Source of the DNA: Eledone cirrhosa
Taxonomy: Eukaryota
Length of the DNA: 64,000 bases
Assembly: GCA_964016885.1 (NCBI GenBank)
Contig: OZ024743.1
Coordinates: forward strand, 142,662,001 to 142,726,000
Direction of reading: 5' to 3'
In this document: in pieces, positions 61,401-64,000 of the stretch
How positions within the stretch are numbered: position 1 is the first letter of the stretch
Layout: the number at the start of each line of letters is the position of its first letter
Position numbers and translations under genes: made by a program
The notes under the pieces: model-generated
The model's input: only the letters and a program-made list of their open reading frames with translations
Databases searched by the model: none
Told to the model about the DNA's origin: nothing

Positions 61401-63060
61401 GTCCAAACATCAAACACCAAGCACCAAGCACCAAGCACCAAACACCAAACACCAAGCACCAAGCACCAAGCACAGAACACCAAGTACCAAACACCAAGCA
61501 CCAAACAACCAAGCACCAAACACCAAACACCAAGCACCAGGCACCAAGCACCAAACACCAAGCACCAAACACCAAGCACCAAACACCAAGCCCCTAGCAC
61601 CAAACACCAAGCAGCAAGCAGCAAGCACCAAACACCAAGCACCAAGCACCAAATACCAAACACCAAGCACCAAGGACCAAACATCAAACACCAAGCACCA
61701 AGCCCCTAGCACCAAACACCAAGCAGCAAGCAGCAAGCACCAAACACTAAACACCAAGCACCAAGCATCAAATACCAAACACCAAGCACCAAGGACCAAA
61801 CATCAAACACCAAGCACCAAGCACCAAACGCCTAACACCAAGCACCAAGCACCATGCACCAAGCACCAAACACCAAGCACCAATCACCAAACACCAAACA
61901 CCAAGCAGCAAACACCAAGCACCAGGCACCAAACACCAAACACCAAGCACCAAGCACCAAACACCAAGCACCAAACTCCAAACACAAAACACAAAGCACC
62001 AAGCAGCAAGCACCAAACACCAAACACCAAGCACCAAGCACCAAACACCTAACACCAAGCACCAAGCACCATCACCAAGCACCAAACACCAAGCACCAAA
62101 CACAAAGCACCAAGCACCAAACACCAAGCACCAAGCACCAAACACCATGCACCAAGCACCAAACACCAAACCCCAAGCACCAAGCACCAAACACCAAACA
62201 CCAAGCACCAAAGACCAAGCACCAAGCACCAAGCACCAAACACCAAACCCCAAGCACCAAACACCAAACCCCAAGCACCAAGCACCAAACACTAATCACC
62301 AAGCACCAAGCACCAAACAACAAGCACCAAGCACCAAGCACCAGGCACCAAGCACCAAGCACCAAACACTAATCACCAAGCACCAAGCACCAAGCACCAA
62401 ACACCAAGCACCAAGCACCAAGCGCCAAACACCAAGCACCAAGCACCAAACACCAAACACCAAGCACCAAAGACCAAGCACCAAGCACCAAGCACCAAAC
62501 ACCAAACCCCAAGCACCAAACACCAAACACCAAGCACCAAGCACCAAGCACCAAACAACAAGCACCAAACACCATACACCAAACACCAAGCACCAAGCAC
62601 CAAGCACCAAACACCAAGCACCAAACACTAAGCACCAAACACCAAGCCCCAAGCACCAAGCACCAAACACCAAACACCAAGCACCAAGCACCAAACACCA
62701 AGCACAAAACACCAAGCACCAAACACCAAACACTAAGTCCCACGCACCAAGCACCAAACACCAAACAGCAAGCACCAAGCACCAAACATCAAGCATCAAG
62801 CACCAAGCCCCTAGCACCAAACACCAAACACCAAGCACCAAGCATAAAACACCAAGCACCAATCACCAAGCACCAAACACCAAGCAGCAAGCAGCATGCA
62901 CCAAACACAAAACACCAAGCACCAAGCACCAAACACCAAACAACAAGCACCAAGGACCAAACATCAAACACCAAGCACCAAGCACCAAACACCTAACACC
63001 AAGCACCAAGAACCAAGCACCAAACACCAAGCACCAAACACCAAGCACCAAACACCAAAT
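55430..63060. repeat. Higher-order duplication, offset 4383-4578 bp (4439 over the core)
   Basis: cactaat 56521/60960, caccgaactcc ~56206/~60645, the 8-bp monomer caaccaag 57060/61506, and ORF pairs 55774../60213.. and 56075../60514... The offset drifts to 4578 at 57712/62290. Confidence 0.86.
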
Positions 63061-64000
63061 ACCAAGCACCAAGCACCAAACACCAAGCACCAAGCACCAA
63101 GCACCAAACACCAAATACCAAACACCAAGCACCAAGAACCAAACACCAAACACCAAACAGCAAGCACCAAGCACCAAACACCAAGCCCCAAACACCAAAC
63201 CCCAAGCACCAATCACCAAACACTAATCACCAAGCACCAAGCACCAAACACCAAGCACCAAGCAGCAAGCACCAAGCACCAAACACCAAGCACCAAGCAG
63301 CAAGCACCAAACACCAAGCACCAAGCACCAAGCACCAAACACCAAGCACCAAGCACCAAACACCAAAACCCAAGCACCAAAGACCAAGCACCAAGCACCA
63401 AGGACCAAACACCAAGCACCAAGCACCAAGCACCAAACACCAAGCACCAAGCACCAAACACCCAGCACCAAGCACCAAGCACCAAACACCAAGCACCAAA
63501 CACCAAACACCAAGCACCAAGCACCAAACAGCAAGCACCAAACACCAAACACCAAACAGCAAACACCAAACAGCAAACACCAACCACCAAACAGCAAACA
63601 GCAAACGCCAAACACCAAGCACCAAGCACCAAGCACCAAACACCAAGCACCAAGCACCAAGCACAAAACACCAAACACCAAGCACCAAGGACGAAACATC
63701 AAACACCAAGCACCAAGCACCAAACACCAAACACCAAGCACCAAGCACCAAGCACCAAACAACAAGCACCAAACACCAAGCACCAAACACCAAACACCAA
63801 GCACCAGGCACCAAGCACCAAACACCAAGCACCAAGCACCAAGCACCAAACACCAAACACCAAGCACCAAGCACCAAGCACCGAACACCAAGTACCAAAC
63901 ACCAAGCACCAAACAACCAAGCACCAAACACCAAACACCAAGCACCAGGCACCAAGCACCAAACACCAAGCACCAAACACCAAGCACCAAACACCAAGTC

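Larger units (their letters stand above)
1..64000. repeat. Heptamer satellite array (CACCAAR)n, ~9,100 monomers, running off both window edges
   Basis: Seen directly: every line parses into 7-mers CACCAAG/CACCAAA with scattered substitution variants (cagcaag, caacaag, cactaat, catcaaa, ccccaag, gaccaaa, taccaaa, cgccaaa and others). No inversion and no non-repeat insert was seen. The + strand is A/C-rich with very little T. Confidence 0.99.

Noticed and set aside
10287-63226. Long + strand ORFs (up to 557 aa) of TKHQAPS repeats resembling a mucin-like or repeat protein
   Set aside because: The same peptide appears in all frames. ATG and TAA come from sporadic monomer variants, whole-monomer (7-bp) indels between copies shift frame freely, and there is no non-repetitive N- or C-terminus.
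350-63240. CRISPR-like arrangement of conserved J1/J2 words separated by variable sequence
   Set aside because: The intervening sequence is the same heptamer repeat rather than unique spacers, the spacing is highly irregular, and there is no palindrome, leader or cas gene.
401-63997. Hundreds of - strand ORFs rich in W/C/L/V/F/G (membrane-protein-like)
   Set aside because: They are pure translations of (YTTGGTG)n, overlap in all three frames, and start at GTG/TTG codons that occur in every monomer. There is no unique domain, and stops arise wherever a variant creates TGA or TAG.
1-64000. Identity with known heptamer repeats (Drosophila virilis ACAAACT-type satellites, cyanobacterial STRR heptamers, plant TTTAGGG telomere)
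   Set aside because: The consensus differs from each. STRRs are short intergenic tracts, and no tandem canonical telomere repeats are present. The organism cannot be assigned from this window.
1-64000. De novo enzymatic synthesis (telomerase or reverse-transcriptase rolling product) or a sequencing artefact as the origin of the array
   Set aside because: Rare variants and G/A order are copied across offsets of 1-13 kb with small differences between copies. This indicates templated genomic duplication over time rather than stochastic synthesis or base-caller stutter, though individual duplications still need read validation.

Overview
The whole 64-kb window is one uninterrupted, single-orientation satellite array of a 7-bp monomer. 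The consensus is CACCAAR, a mix of CACCAAG and CACCAAA (YTTGGTG on the - strand), giving roughly 9,100 monomers. I see no unique sequence, gene, RNA gene, transposon or CRISPR array. Every ORF in the track is a translation of the heptamer, (TKHQAPS/TKHQTPN)n on + and (WCLVLGA/WCLVFGV)n on -, and none is called as a CDS. The interest lies in the internal organisation. (i) The G/A pattern at monomer position 7 and rare variant monomers are copied faithfully over kilobases, revealing nested higher-order duplications (offsets of about 77, 210, 245, 301, 532, 1281, 1380, 1413, 1693, 2219, 2330, 2373, 3843, 4439, ~5000 and 13020 bp). (ii) The array is built from a small set of reshuffled modules punctuated by a CACTAAT monomer. 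(iii) The 7-bp register is broken at only about 18 sites that I could find, several being copies of the same ancestral indel. (iv) Variants partition the array into about five domains, and the two outer ones resemble each other. I cannot identify the organism or the function (centromeric, subtelomeric or other heterochromatin) from the sequence. All offsets were obtained by eye from landmark variants and the ORF track, and duplication boundaries are approximate.
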